Positions 11,482 to 25,102 are shown, numbered from the whole stretch's first letter. The stretch: DNA of 61,978 bases, filler included, from Choristocarpus tenellus KU-1152 (GCA_964200185.2; 15 parts of 15 records of this genome joined end to end with filler, not necessarily neighbours in it); one strand, 5' to 3'. Notes: generated by a model from the letters alone, not told the origin. Translations and numbers: made by a program.

Positions 11482-11645
11482 CATGACCATGACATGGCCA
11501 GTCCAACTATTCAAAAATATTACCTGGCTGACCATTGATAAAATGTTCTAAAATGACCGAGTCCATAGCCGTCACTAATCAACATGACCAGGTCCGTCAG
11601 CTGGCCATTACAACCAAGTTTGGACATGACCAAGTCCATGGCCAC
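11482..11645. repeat. Cluster of ATGACC(A/G)(A/G)GTCC-like motifs
   Basis: catgacc, aatgaccgagtcc, catgaccaggtcc and catgaccaagtcc within ~160 bp. Confidence 0.5.
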
Positions 11646-14600
11646 CAACCGCTTCAACGTGGCGTACGGCTGACAGTGAATATGCTAACTGCCCAGGTCT
11701 GTGAAAAGCCCTGATTCTATGTGGGTGTTGGATGTTTAGGAAATCAGGTTGAGTTGTGGTTAGATGATTTGATCGAGTGAAGGTATATTGCATTGCCTAT
11801 GTTGTAGTGCGGTCATCCTTCCATATGATGTTGATGTAGGATCTTCGAACTTTATGGCCTTCAGCAGTTGTAGAATATACAGGTTGATCGTGGGAAGTGG
11901 GAAGTGAAACTCCAGAAGTCCGACATTCAACGCATCCATAACTTGTTCACCTGACGTGTAAGGAAGAGCGGCCTCAGGGCTTAGTTACGTTGTTACCAAG
12001 GAAAGGGGAGGATCAAGCGCCATCCTAACATAATGTTACTGTAACCGCCAAAACCACTATCTACACTATGAAACCATGGCTTGATCACGGCCAGAAGAAA
12101 TTAGATCCCCTAAAGGAGGACACAAGAGTGAACGAGCTCCAGCCACACCCTAAATCCCACTTCCCGAATAAAAATAATACGTATCTCATGTGCAGACATG
12201 TATATACACATGTTATAAATATAGAGCTGAATGGATCCATTATTTGCAACGACTGCGACATAGTATATAGAACGAAATATATAATTGAATTGGTAACAAA
12301 TATCCAAACAAATCCCATTTCTCCAGGAACATATCTGTTACAGCGTGCCCCCCAGAACTCACCTCCACAGGATATGCAACTCAAATCCAACGACCTTAAA
12401 ACGATGCTATGGGAACGTTGCCCTTGACAACAGTTTGTAGGGTGTCAGGTATCCTTCTCTCTTGATATTCCACTCAGTGCTTAGCTCAAAGCTCCAATTA
12501 AAGTTTCGTTAAAGATAAAGAAAAGGACTGGTAGGTAAGAGGGGTCAAGGCGTTTTACCAAAAGCCCTCTTGTTATTTTCATCATCCACCCAATTTCTTT
12601 CGTCTTCTATGCAACTGCTCTACACGTACTACAATCATAAACCTTTATTCTGCAACTTCTTAGGGACTTTGACATTTTCTTCTGTAATGTTACGTATGCA
12701 TTCCGAATCTTACTCTGTATCTTCTATGAAATCATCGTTTATTCTGTAAGGCTACCTATGTGTTTGTTAAGCTGTCCTTGGCGATCTGTTGTCCCACATA
12801 ACTAGTTATATTATTGTTTATTAACTTGTACCACAGTTAAGAAGAGAGTGAGATACCTTCACTAGGTGGGGCTCACCAGTCCTTACACTTAATGACTCAG
12901 AATACCAAATGACTTGACGTATCTCTAGTACACGTCAGAAACACTCCAACTCTAATAGTCCGCCGATTACTTCTGGTCAAATACCCCGCCTAAATATCCC
13001 GAATGTCCCGCATTATCTTCTGTGCGTACATAAAATAATACTTCAANNNNNNNNNNNNNNNNNNNNNNNNNNNNNNNNNNNNNNNNNNNNTTAATTAATT
13101 AANNNNNNNNNNNNNNNNNNNNNNNNNNNNNNNNNNNNNNNNNNNNCTTTAAAAAAAAAGAAGACAAAGTGGACGTCGTGGGCTAGTTGTGATACATGTC
13201 CTGTGCCAGAAAAACACAAAGGCACAGAATTAGTTAGTCACTGGCGCCTCTTTCGATTGAATCTAAGATTCAAGAGGTTGTCCCAACTCTTTCCATTGAA
13301 AATGCTGCTGGTTCATTTCATCATTTCATCATTTCATCCCCATCGTACTTCAAACCTCTGGTGTTATGGGAATCACAGTTAGGACTATTGTTTGTGCAGT
13401 GGGGGGGGGGGGGGCGAGAAGGTCCCTGGAGGCAAGAAGATAATTCAGGGAAAACAAAAAACATCTTTCCACTTTTCACTCAGAAAATTATCCACATAGA
13501 GATTTCATGTCGGTAAACGTCTGCGTATAGGTTACGCAAATAATAAAAAGTACTATTGTGTACATAAAAAATATATGTACATACACTAAAACTAAAAGTA
13601 CATAAACTATCTTTCAATCAACGCTCTAAAAAAAGTATGTGAAAAAGAATAGACAAAAACTACACGAAAAATCGTTTTCTCGAATATACTCGTACCACCG
13701 CATTCCAAACAATTTTTCTTTTTTTAAATGCTTTTTTTAAAAATAAATAAAATAAAATAAATAAGGAACAGTATCGAGAAGATTATTTTCCCGTACTTCA
13801 CTCGGAAAACTACTGTGCCCCATGCAATACAACCCCTTACGCATCGCATCGATCAATTTGAAAGCAACAAAAACAAATTAAAATCTTAATGAACCAGAAC
13901 AGATTCATCTTCAAGATTTATTCAGAGTACATGGGCATCAACGGCACATAGATCAACGGTGAAAGATACATACCGACAGGAGGTAGTAACTCTTACAAAA
14001 CCGTCCACACTACCCTGGTCAGAATCACACAAAGGGCTTCTTCCACAGGACCAATCAGTGCAGGTGGTGACGACTGTCAAATCGTCCCGGGAAGGACTGA
14101 CCAGATCCCTACTCTGAACAGCCCCAATCCGTTAATCACACCTGCATCTATATCTTCATTCATTGGCACGGTTTCTAGCGAGAGAGAGTCTATGTGCAGG
14201 TGAGGAGTAGGTCGCAGCCCTACTCTACCGCATTCTCAGTGAAGATCTCCCCAGTCCACTATGAGAACACCTTTTCAAAAGGTCCTTTGTTTAGATTGAA
14301 TATGACGGATGCCCCCCTCAATTAATTGATGGTCTTTTACATCGCCTATGGTTAGCTACCAGGTAGACCGAGTTCACCTTACCGACTCCTCTAAAACATG
14401 CCTTCTGCAACGTGTTGACCATCTGCACAAAGCACAGTATATTTTCCTTGACCCCCCTCCCCAACACAAAAAAGAATACTCCGGATGATGGTTTCCTATT
14501 CATCTCCTCTTACTACGTAGTACAAACTTAACTTCTAGGTCTCGATTTTCAGCATCTCTTTCCCTATACTCACTCAGTGTATCTATTGGGCAGTAACAGG

Positions 14601-14683
14601 GCAATGGGTAAGAATTTGAGTTGAAGTGGAGAAGACAAGGGAAGGGACAAAAGAGGTTGGTAGGGGTATGCTGCCATGCTCAC

Positions 14684-15664
14684 CGATCTCATCTCATCCA
14701 GAACCGTCACTGCTGCCTGCCAATCCCCTGATCCAGCGCACGCTGCGATCGCTGCTGCATATTCCACCTCTGTGCTTATTCCTGCCCCCCCCCCTTGGCC
14801 TCGCTTTTTTCCCTTGACTCCTCCACCTCGCCCCCCATTGCCCCGAGCGCTCTCAAGCAAGGCAACAGCCTCTCTTGAAGATTGTGAGGAGCCTTCCTTT
14901 GCCAGGGCCCTCATCATTGCAGAGTTTGTCTCAGGTGATGCGGTTATGCCTCTATCCCCCATCTCTTTGTAGAGCTTACGTGCCCTACAAATGAGCGAGG
15001 GGGTGGACAAAGGGTGGGTGGTATGGGGGGGAGGGGGGGAGGCAATAACACATGGGGGGTGATAAAGAGAGCTGAGGGCACAAGCTCAGGGGGTAATATG
15101 TGGGGGAAATGCCTGCTAGATGGTATCACTTCAGGTCATCTGAAGCAAGGGAAAGATTCCAACAGGATATAAAACCTTGGAAATAAATATCCCAAAGAGC
15201 AGGGGGGAAACCGCTTTGAAACCTTCAAGACTCAAGATCATGAGAATCAGGAGAAGTGCAGGAGACAGACAGGCACAAAAAGAACATCAAAAGACTATAC
15301 ATGGCCTCCCTCTCCAACAGGCACCCATCACACAGCTGATAGACTGCTATCAGACCTACCTCCACATCCTCCCCCCACCAACCTCATTCCTGAAGCAGAA
15401 CTACACTTCTCACCAATCAGGCTGCCCACCCTTTCCACAAACCATGATGAGGTGAGCATATGTATCAGCATCTGCCTGCACCGCCTGTGCAGCTGGGGTC
15501 GACATTGCCTTCATAGCCCGCCGTTGAACCCTGTTCCGCACCCCCCTGCCCCCAACCGTTAGCCCCCCACGCATACCACGCTCACCAGAACCACCCCCAT
15601 CTTCTTCCCAGCCCTCCTCCCCCCCCCCACTCCTCAACGGCTCAGAGATTTGCAACGCAGTCTG
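14684..15664 (-). CDS. Pentatricopeptide repeat (PPR) protein, internal exons
   Basis: Exons 15664-15414 and 14984-14684 (TG|G phase-2 join, GT-AG) give DADTYAHLIMVCGKGGQPDWARKLYKEMGDRGI...TNSAMMRALAKEG...EYAAAIAACAGSGDWQAAVTVLDEMRS, typical 35-aa PPR motifs. Confidence 0.88.
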
Positions 15665-16610
15665 NNNNNNNNNNNNNNNNNNNNNNNNNNNNNNNNNNNN
15701 NNNNNNNNTTAATTAATTAANNNNNNNNNNNNNNNNNNNNNNNNNNNNNNNNNNNNNNNNNNNNAGTCCGGGGCCATCCCCAATTTTGAGGATCCCCTGT
15801 TTAATAATGGTGTTGAATCTGTGTGATTGTGAATATTAGGTACACATGATGACATGAAGAATGAGGGACTTTCTCTACTGATGCTAGAAAAATGCGCCAA
15901 AGGCATGTCAGACATTTTGCTTTTTATTTAGTTTACCACTAGGTAGGAAATCAATCATAGACTACATGCTGTGATGACATTGGCTAGAGTCCTCTATTTT
16001 ATACTCCAGTAATTATTTTGTATTATAAAGATAAAGAAAACAGCACATCTTATCATCAGAGCATACGACACGGTACATATGTAACAAATTCTATTGTATA
16101 TAGGAGATGGTAGCGAGGATATGGCCTTCCCTCTAAGTCACCTTATCTGAAAGGGTAGTAAGAAGTTTGCCATGGTTGAATTTAGTGCAGGCTTCAACTT
16201 TTTAGTGTTATCATTACGTAATGATTAGGGAAAGTAAAAATTGCATCTCCCCTGATCAACTGTATGTCGTTACACCAAAGGAAAGAAATGCCCAGGCCAT
16301 TGGGGAAGGGAGGAAAGGGGAGCATGGAAATGCCTTGGCAGTTCCTCCTACTTCAAATAATATACGACTACTAAGGTAGAGCATGCTCTAGGTCAATAAT
16401 GCGGGCATGGTGTGAGGGGCACAAGGGAGTTTGAGCAAGATTATGGATGTTACCCTCATGGCGTTCATAGCATTTGAACTGACTGTATGGCAGAATAATT
16501 CAGAGGACATGTATGCGACTCTGAGTTCCCCACAACACAGCAGACACAATCTAGATCGAGACTGCAGGACATCAATATAAAAAGCAAACTAGCAGATGTT
16601 TTTACTATCA

Positions 16611-16866
16611 GAGTGGAAGTATCTTAGAGGGTACGAGTTTTCCCCTATTTACCCATTTGGGGAAAGGCTTCCTACGGGTTTTTATTGACTTTTTACCTAC
16701 TCCAAAATATTTCGGAGAAGGTAAAAAGTATACGTTATGAAAGGGTGTGTCCGGAACAAGGATATTGACATCTCCTAACAAACATGATAGCCATAATACA
16801 TCAAAATTGAAAACGGATTTTGGCCCCCAAATGGACGCGGCTCTACTCTCTAAGATACTTTGACTC
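16611..16866 (-). mobile_element. MITE family 1, copy B
   Basis: gagtggaagtatcttagagggtacgag...ctctaagatactttgactc. Confidence 0.92.
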
Positions 16867-18256
16867 TCAGAGGCTCAATTAGTGATGATACAGGAATTAC
16901 AACCAACCGAGACTCACCACCTGTGGATCCAATGGGCATCATGGGGGTGCTTTATGAAGTAGTACAAAAGCAATAAAGAAATACTCATGCATAATTATTG
17001 AAGTTGTGTTTCAGGTCCTTCAGGGCAAAATACTCAAGGTCCAGTTTCATGGATGCATGAATTGGACTCTCAAGGACCATTATTATTTCTCACTATGTAT
17101 AATACTCAGCTCCACAAAATTTATGAACCCAACACTACAAGTTTCTCCAGAGCTAAATCAAGTCCTGTAACTGAAGCAGGGGTACGATGGATCACTCCCT
17201 GTCAAACAGGGAACCACTTGTGGTAACTGGGTGCGAGAGTATCGAGGTGACTACACTCAAATGGAGGGTGTTGTTTGTGCGGTTCATGCGGCATGAATGT
17301 TTTTCAATTGGTGCATAAGAACTTTATGTTTGGGTAACTTGCAGCTGAGAAAACCGAACCGGACAATGGGAGGAGTGGAGAAAAGGTGAAATCGTTCTTC
17401 CAAAAATGAAGCTTTAAGCTTTCGAGCATCTCAAATGAACAGTGTGGTTTACTTCCAAAAGAACCAAAACAACAGGTGGTATAAGTGTATCGAGGATGAA
17501 GTCAACCACTTTGTTTTGTTCTTTTTTACACATACATATATATTTTTTCTATTTTATAGTATTTATTCATCTAATTTGATTTCTTACATATCTTTATTTC
17601 CTTCATTGCTTCATTTCTTAGTTTTACTTTTTCTCTCATCTCTGTATTATCATACATTTCGTCCTTTTTTTCTCGTCTCAATTTTATACTCTCTTTCCCA
17701 CCAAAGGTCGGAACGTGTTTCTTTTTATCACCATACATTTTTTCCTTCCTTTTTTTTCTGATATTATTTTTATGTCTTTCTGACCACGTGTCCAAAACAT
17801 CTTGCTTTATGTTATCATACATTTTATCTCTTCTTTTTCTGCTGTCATTGTTACACTTTGTGGTTGACTAGAGGTTGACGTGTGTTGTGGAGTTGCTTCG
17901 TTCTCGGTGAGAATATCTTCTCTTTGCAGTATCTTCAAGCATGATTCCTTACGGACCAACCTAATGAGACTGGTGTATGTTGATCAATCAATTAATCAAT
18001 CAATCAATCATTCAATTAATGGCCGATCCATACACCCCCGAAAAACGAGTTTTCAGGGGTGTACTACTGTCATAAATCTGGAAAGCAGTAGTAAAAAAAG
18101 AGTAAACGGTTCTTTGCCACAAACACACAATCTTTTGGTTTTGATGTGATGACTTGAAAGCAATATTGAGATCTGCTAGAAATTGAATCTTTTCGGTAAT
18201 TGAGTGGGAGAGAACAAATTTGGAATTTTATGTAGTGAACGACCAAAAAGTGAATA

Positions 18257-18395
18257 AGGGGGGTTTGTAAGATCCACTTAAACCACCTGGTATTTTCTTC
18301 AACAAGTAAATGCCGATGTCACATGACCTTGAAGTACATCTTCTCAAAGAAGGTCAACTTTAAGGTATACCTTAGTGGGAAGATGACTATCACAG
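18257..18395 (+). repeat. Dispersed repeat shared with 25425-25575
   Basis: aggggggtttgtaag.tcc.ct.aaaccacc...ggtatacctt....ggaagatg.ct.tcaca in both places. Confidence 0.65.
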
Positions 18396-20505
18396 TATTA
18401 GATTATAACTGTTCAACTACTACTACTACTACCATAAAACACTGTTTTTTTTGTGAGGAATAAAGAGCCCTCCTTTGCTTTGGAAATATCCATCCTAGGA
18501 ATCAATAGGTCAATCAAATCCACTACAACTACTGTTCCATTGGTGGTGGAGTAGAGGACTACTATTTTTTAGTGGTCCCTGATCTCCACCTAATATCTAC
18601 CTTACCCACTTCCTTCTGACTCCCCCACTTCTCTTTTTACCCCGACAACCCCTTCTGGACAGCATCCTGTTCTTTCTTCTGTTGCCTCACCTCGATTCTA
18701 CCTCTCCGTGGACTTTCCCATGGACAGCTCCCTGACCCCAACTCCTCCCCTCTGTCCCACTCTTTATCCTCTTCTTCCCCCTTTTCGATTATAGTGATAG
18801 GTCCCCCACCTTTTATCAGCTCCTTGACATGCACTCCACCTGGAAAATTATTTCCGCCATCCCTGTGATCCACTACCTCTCTTTTCATCCTTTCTTTGCA
18901 TACTGTAGTACGCATGTATGCAGTAGATTTTCGTTTGCTTCCTGCTGTTCCCTTTACATTTTCTCTCCTCTTAAAACAATTGGGTTGCTATACTTGGAAG
19001 AATCCAACCAAGTCCCTTATCATTGCAACCTGCAATTTCTCCCATGCAATATCCACAAATTTTCTGAATGAGGTCGTGATCAAACTTTATCGCCCATTAT
19101 TTGTCCTGCACTCTTTCGGAAGGATGTTAATTTCGTGATATCATCCTTCATACCTACGCTGAAAAGTATAGGGTTGCGCTCTTTGACGTAAATACGTCCA
19201 GATGTGTGAGTACCAGGCGTTTTCCGCGCGTAATCGCTTGAATAGACCTGGCAAGGAAAAAAGTGAGGGGGGGGAGGGCAGGGATTAATATTTTGTGGTA
19301 TAAACGTATGATACGTCAAAATTTGCCCTACCTTACACGAGTTTTCTTACGTCTTCCATATTATGTAGGCTCGAATTTAATATCCTTAGCTTTTTTATGC
19401 AACGATTTTTTTGAAGGAATCGATCGCTTTTCCTAATTCTTTTCCACCTTTTCTTACTACTGGGTTACATTGCAACACTCTTCTCTGTTGCCCCTACCAT
19501 ATACTCCGGAGTAGTAAATAGAATGTATGTAGTATTTGGTCTCTATCACTCTGCACAGATCCCTTCCCTCCTACACAAGTCTTCCATGGATCGAATGATC
19601 TGAAACTCAGATTCTTCCTTGTAGACAATATCTCTGTGTGACTCCATCTACTGCCAGGGTATCCAACTACTCTTTCAAATCAAGTTTCACAACGCCTTTT
19701 TGGACCTAAACTCCATCCTGGCTGATTCCCTTCCCGTAACACAGTCAGACATCTGAAAGAAAGAGAAAAAAGGTCTTTCCCCCTCGCTTTTTACCTCAGC
19801 ATTGCCATGACTTCTAACACCTCCCAGTTTTCCTATTGCCATACCCAATTCCTGCAATCCACATATATCAACAGTCCTCCCTTGTCCTGACATGATCATC
19901 CCCTATCGTATTCCCCTTCCTGTTTAGATTTCATCCATCGCCCCATTCATCTATTGGTGCTACTCTTTCTCAAAGAGAATCGCCACACAACGGTGGTATC
20001 AACATGTGACCTTGTGATCAAACATCCTGACTGCCAATGAGCAACGCTACACAATCCATTTACTTCAACATTCTAAACTACTCTGAAGAATACGTTTTCT
20101 TGCTTCACTACTACGGGAAATTTATGCCTTTGATATAACTACATCAAAACTGTTCAGAACATGATTTGACCTTTAAGGTGGGGTGATGTATGTGCTTAAT
20201 TCTGGTCTTGGACTAGGGGAACCTAGCTCGATCTCACCTAGCCCTAACATGTGGTCATGGGCACCACACACTGCACTACTTCTCATTTTGCTAAACATTA
20301 TGCAAAAATGGTTGGCTCAAGACCTATAATACAATCAATTAGAAATTCCATATTGCCCTCTTTCAAGGTTACAGTTACGCACGGACCCCTCAACTATACG
20401 TACATGTACTTCTAGCTCAATCATTGATTTTGAACAGCCTTAGACAGAGTCCCACTTGGCACAGTCCACCCGTTTGCCTTTCTTCCTGGTGCTGTTGTAG
20501 TAGCT

Positions 20506-20729
20506 AAGCGAAAGTATCTTAGAGGGTACGAGTTTTACCCTGTTTATCCGTTTGGGGCTTGGCTTCCCATGGTCGTTTTATGACACTTTCCTACGTTATG
20601 AAAAGGTGTGTCCGGAACGAGGATATTGACACTTCCTACCAAATACAATAGCCAAAACTACATCAAAATCGCAACATTGGATTTGGTCCCCAAACGGACG
20701 CGGCTCTACCCTCTATGACACTTTGACTC
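20506..20729 (-). mobile_element. MITE family 1, copy C (internal hairpin deleted), TSD AGCT
   Basis: agct|aagcgaaagtatcttagagggtacgag...ctttgactc|agct. Confidence 0.92.
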
Positions 20730-20743
20730 AGCTGCTCGGTGGA

Positions 20744-20783
20744 GGGTCAAAGTATCTGGGGGGGGGGATGGTTTGTGAGGAGA
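20744..20783 (+). mobile_element. Family-2 terminus at contig end
   Basis: gggtcaaagtatctgggggg...ggtttgtgagg. Confidence 0.75.
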
Positions 20784-20883
20784 NNNNNNNNNNNNNNNNN
20801 NNNNNNNNNNNNNNNNNNNNNNNNNNNTTAATTAATTAANNNNNNNNNNNNNNNNNNNNNNNNNNNNNNNNNNNNNNNNNNNN

Positions 20884-20951
20884 CGTTTCCTGGTTATGAC
20901 CCAAATGGACACCCTGGTGTAGACCCCCCCCCCTCCCAGATATTTTGGGTC
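20884..20951 (-). mobile_element. Family-2 terminus variant at contig start
   Basis: caaatggac...ccccctcccagatattttgggtc. Confidence 0.7.
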
Positions 20952-23900
20952 AACAATATCTTCTTCCAAAAGTACAAACTGAAACTTGACACTACCAGAG
21001 AAATTTCGACCTCAACTATCTCATTTTGTTTTGGTCAACGGAAGCGGAGGCTTCCTATTACAAGCATACTGCCCATACGTATGAATAGTCATTTCATTGC
21101 CTCATAGAGAAAATGCTCCTTAGCATCTTGATGAAAGTGTGATCTTCCATTGTAGAGTGAGGTTGTTTTTCACAAGTCGAAGCGAAAAAAACAATGCACC
21201 ACTGAGCGTCAAAATTGGAAGGACCATATCCTCTGTATTCGGTGAACAGTCCGGATGCCATCTGAGAGGGTGTTTTAATTCCACGGTATCATGATAATTT
21301 CCCTTCGGTCGACTCAGTGCTGTAACGAGGCACAACTGTTGGGGGTGACAAGGCAGAACAAAGACACCCTGCAAACACTGTATGTCCCACTTACTGGTGT
21401 TCTACCCGTTGACGGCTTGGTGATGGTGTAATTCAAGTACAAGACAAGTAGATTTCGGATGTACTCCACTTTGACCAAGAATGTGCAAGCGCAGCTTGAA
21501 TATATTTTCTCCTTCCACCCCCTCCTCTAATTCCACCCGGAACAGGGGGTCTATATCAGCACGGGTACTGAGAGCAACCTTGTGACAAAAAATGAAATCC
21601 AAGTCCAAATACAAGAGTAGGAAACATGGCAACACTCAGAGACCTCACCTGTTCTTCAAGGAGGCTCCTTAAGGTATCATCGTCTCTACTGGCGGTGATG
21701 ATCTCATTCACCAATTTGTCTATGGCAGAATTTGAGCCGGGAGGGAAAGATGATTCGTTCATTGCTGGGCATGCTTGCCTCGAAGCCCCTGTCCATCCTC
21801 TGTTCTATTCTCTTGCTCCCCATGTCTTTGTTTTCCTGACGCCTCTTCAGTCTCTGTAGGGCTACATGGGTAATATACCGTTCTGCATGGATTCTTACCA
21901 ACCAACCTTGCCATTGAATCATGTCCCATTCCTCGATTTTCAGTCTTTTTCTGCTCCGAGGACAACGAGAGGGAGCTCGGCTCATGTCCTAGTCCACCAA
22001 CCAATTTGCAATGGATAGAAGGGGGGAGTTACGGATTTGTGTTTGGTGTAGCTAATACCAATCATGCTATAGGAACCCAATATTGAAAGAGTGGTATTGG
22101 ATGGTTGATAGAGCGTATATGTGTACAACTGTGTGTGTCAGTGGATATTTCATTACACATGCCAACTGACATTCTGCAAACGTGTCAGGGCAGTGACAAG
22201 ACAAACCAAAGCAAGGCAGGAAACTGCAACTACTCCAACGATAGTCTGCATGGACAGAAACAATATGTTACCACAAAACATTGTTGTTCATATTTTGTAC
22301 CAGCTACTTTGGACTACACAACAATGCCACCTGCATGTGGTGTTGTTCCCTGTGAAATGACTTTCACACTGCTATCCTCGTAGCTAGCCTAGCTTGTGAA
22401 AGTGGTCAAAAAGTTATACAAACATTTGAAAGAGTACCGAGAATATGTGAGACCCTTTTTTTCCACTGACCCAGTGTTTGTAGCTTGAAGTGCACGACAC
22501 GCCACGAGAGAGCTACCTGCAGAGTTCTTGCTGACGCTATCTGTCCCGAAAGATTAACTCTTCTTGGTGTATCCAAAGGAACTTCGAGTAGGCTGCACAG
22601 ACTCTGTTGTTGTCGAGTTAGTTTGTACTGTTTACGATACATGATTCTTCTCATTCCTTTAACGACAACATCCGAAAATGTCAGGTGCCAATTTTTTACC
22701 AAAATATCGTAGACTAACCTTATCACAGTTTCATAACGTAGACTCTTTATAGTATCATCCTGTTATCTTGTTACAATATCATGTCCACTCACATTGTGCA
22801 GTTACTGTCGAGAATGGAACAAAAACACACCAAGCAAGGAATACAACAAACAAGAAAGTAACAGGTTCTTGTATTGATTTCAGGAAAGGCCTTCTGACAC
22901 ACCAACAAGAATTTTAGTGCTATGAAAAAATTAAGGCGTACTAAACGCTGAGACAAAGCAGATGAAACTACCCCTAGAATGGCACAATGAACGAAACATG
23001 TACCCATCATCCACCTACCTCAATAATCTCCCTTCTCGTCATCGGTACCATTATCACAGACATGCTTGTTCAAGCGATCACATCTACATTTACCACGATC
23101 ATGGCTCTCTGGACTCTGTGTCCCCTGAAAGGCTGATGTCACTGGATACAAACCTATTTCTTCAAGAGTTTCTGGTCGATTTGCTCTCATTCTCCCCGGT
23201 TGCCACTTCCATGTACTCTTTAATCTTGGGTGGGACTGGAGGTGCAATGCATGCTTCAGTCCCTGCCCTTGCCCCTGCCTCTGCCGCCGCTCCTGCTCGC
23301 GAATCTTCATGTGTGAAGGCCATTCCAGTGCCCAACGTACTCATCATCCTTGCTATGCACTTAACCTTATCCTTTCCAAGGTCTTGCCGATCTTTGCAAT
23401 CTTGAACCCTAGCCATTTTCCCACAGCAAGCCTTCTGACCTTCTCCTGCACTGCTCGCTCTTTGCCATGGTGAAATTTCGACTCTGCTATTGCCTGGGTT
23501 TGTGTAACAGCATATTCAAGGTATTTTTACAATCTGCTCAAAGCTAACCGCAAATTGATGATGTTCAAGATTACTTCCGTGTGTCCCTTGTTTGTAATGC
23601 AAGTCCGTGAAGATATTCCGCAGTTCATCACACCTTCATTAGTGAGTTCAGCACCACACTCTATTCCTGAAGCTCAACAACACGTACCTTGCTGTTACTC
23701 ACAGCGCTAGTGGTGGTCAGGCTCCANNNNNNNNNNNNNNNNNNNNNNNNNNNNNNNNNNNNNNNNNNNNTTAATTAATTAANNNNNNNNNNNNNNNNNN
23801 NNNNNNNNNNNNNNNNNNNNNNNNNNCCTCTAACATGGAAGATGATAACGAGATCGGCTCAATGTAGTAACTCCTTTGTGACTAACCTTCCTTTCTAAGC

Positions 23901-24619
23901 GTGCCAGAATTACACGATAATAACAGTCATTAAAGCTAAAAATATACACGAAGTACGAGCTTTTCATGTATGGATAGAGTGAAACATCTGTTCGTTCTTC
24001 TTTGTGGCCTTGGTTAGTTTTTTTGGTGGATGTGACCTATCAATCCCTTACTTGTACAAACCACATAACATATCGACACTTTATCCCAGTCAATTTTGGG
24101 TCAAGCCCATCCTCAATGAAAAGCTCCATCCTCAATTTTTGAAATCGGCTGTTAAGGGTGGTGAGGATCTGATAATGTGGAAGTATGTAGTACTATATCA
24201 ATCAGGATCACATCCAGAAATTTGGGGAAAGAAGGTCAATTTTAAACTGTGGACAACAGGGGGATAGAGTTGGCCTTACTTACACCCATTACTGAAGTAG
24301 CCGTTCAACTCAAAACAGAGTTTCTGTAAAAAAAAGGGTAGAAAATGACAAGAGCGAAAAAAAAGAATAATATAAAGGAGAGCTAAGAAGAAAGAAACAA
24401 CTATGCAAAGGTGATTTGGAAAAATGAACTCGGGTCTTCTCCGTCCATGCACAAAGACACATGTATGAAAAAAAAAAATGAACTTGTCGTAAGGTGATAC
24501 TTGTTATGGTAAACATCGATTAAAAAAATGTATACTCCATATATTTATTGAACAAAACCACAAAGAAATAAATGAATGAAAAACAAATCAATTCACAACA
24601 CAATGTTATATGTATTATA

Positions 24620-25102
24620 TGGCGTTTGCAAAACTATGGGAACTGTCCTACACCCCTCCGGACTCTTTACCTCTGGAGTTCTGGACACTTCAGCCCAACT
24701 TCGGAATGTCCGGAATTGGGGAGAAGTGTTGCCCGGTCGCCCTCGGGTCTTTCTGCAGAAAGGCATCTGCTTCAGCTTTCTGCTCAGACTGGCGCCCCTA
24801 CCTGGAGGAATTTTTCGGTGGAGTAGGACCATTTGGGGTCAGGGTCCCAAAATGGAGCAGAGCTTGCACTCCCAGATATCCACCTAAGGAACGAGTGTGG
24901 AGAATGAGTCATCAGTTTAGACAGAAGAAATGCTTTCAACAGCGTGCGCCGCTCAGGTTTCATCAAGGCTCTCCCAGAGACTCTACCAGGACTCCTGCCT
25001 TATATCTCCAAAGTATATGTGGACACCCGAAACCTTCTTTTCCCCCTGGATGAGGGAGGGATGAAGATCCTGCCATTAAGATCAGGGACACAACAGGGAG
25101 AC
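24620..25102 (+). pseudogene. Frameshifted reverse transcriptase fragment of a CRE-like non-LTR retrotransposon
   Basis: LPLEFWTL...GEKCCPVALG...WRPYLEEFF...FGVRVP, then VISLDRRNAFNSVRRSGFIKALPETLPGLLPYISKVY...SGTQQGD. These match RT motifs RPI/V, D..NAFN and G.QQGD. It breaks off before YADD. Confidence 0.88.

Noticed and set aside
11482-11645. Spaced repeats as a possible CRISPR array
   Set aside because: Repeats are about 13 bp, degenerate and irregularly spaced, in eukaryotic DNA with no cas genes.
22485-22712. LLGVSKGTSSR (and LFGVSKST near 47670, minus) as Harbinger HTH motifs
   Set aside because: Only a short motif with no DDE domain nearby; insufficient evidence.
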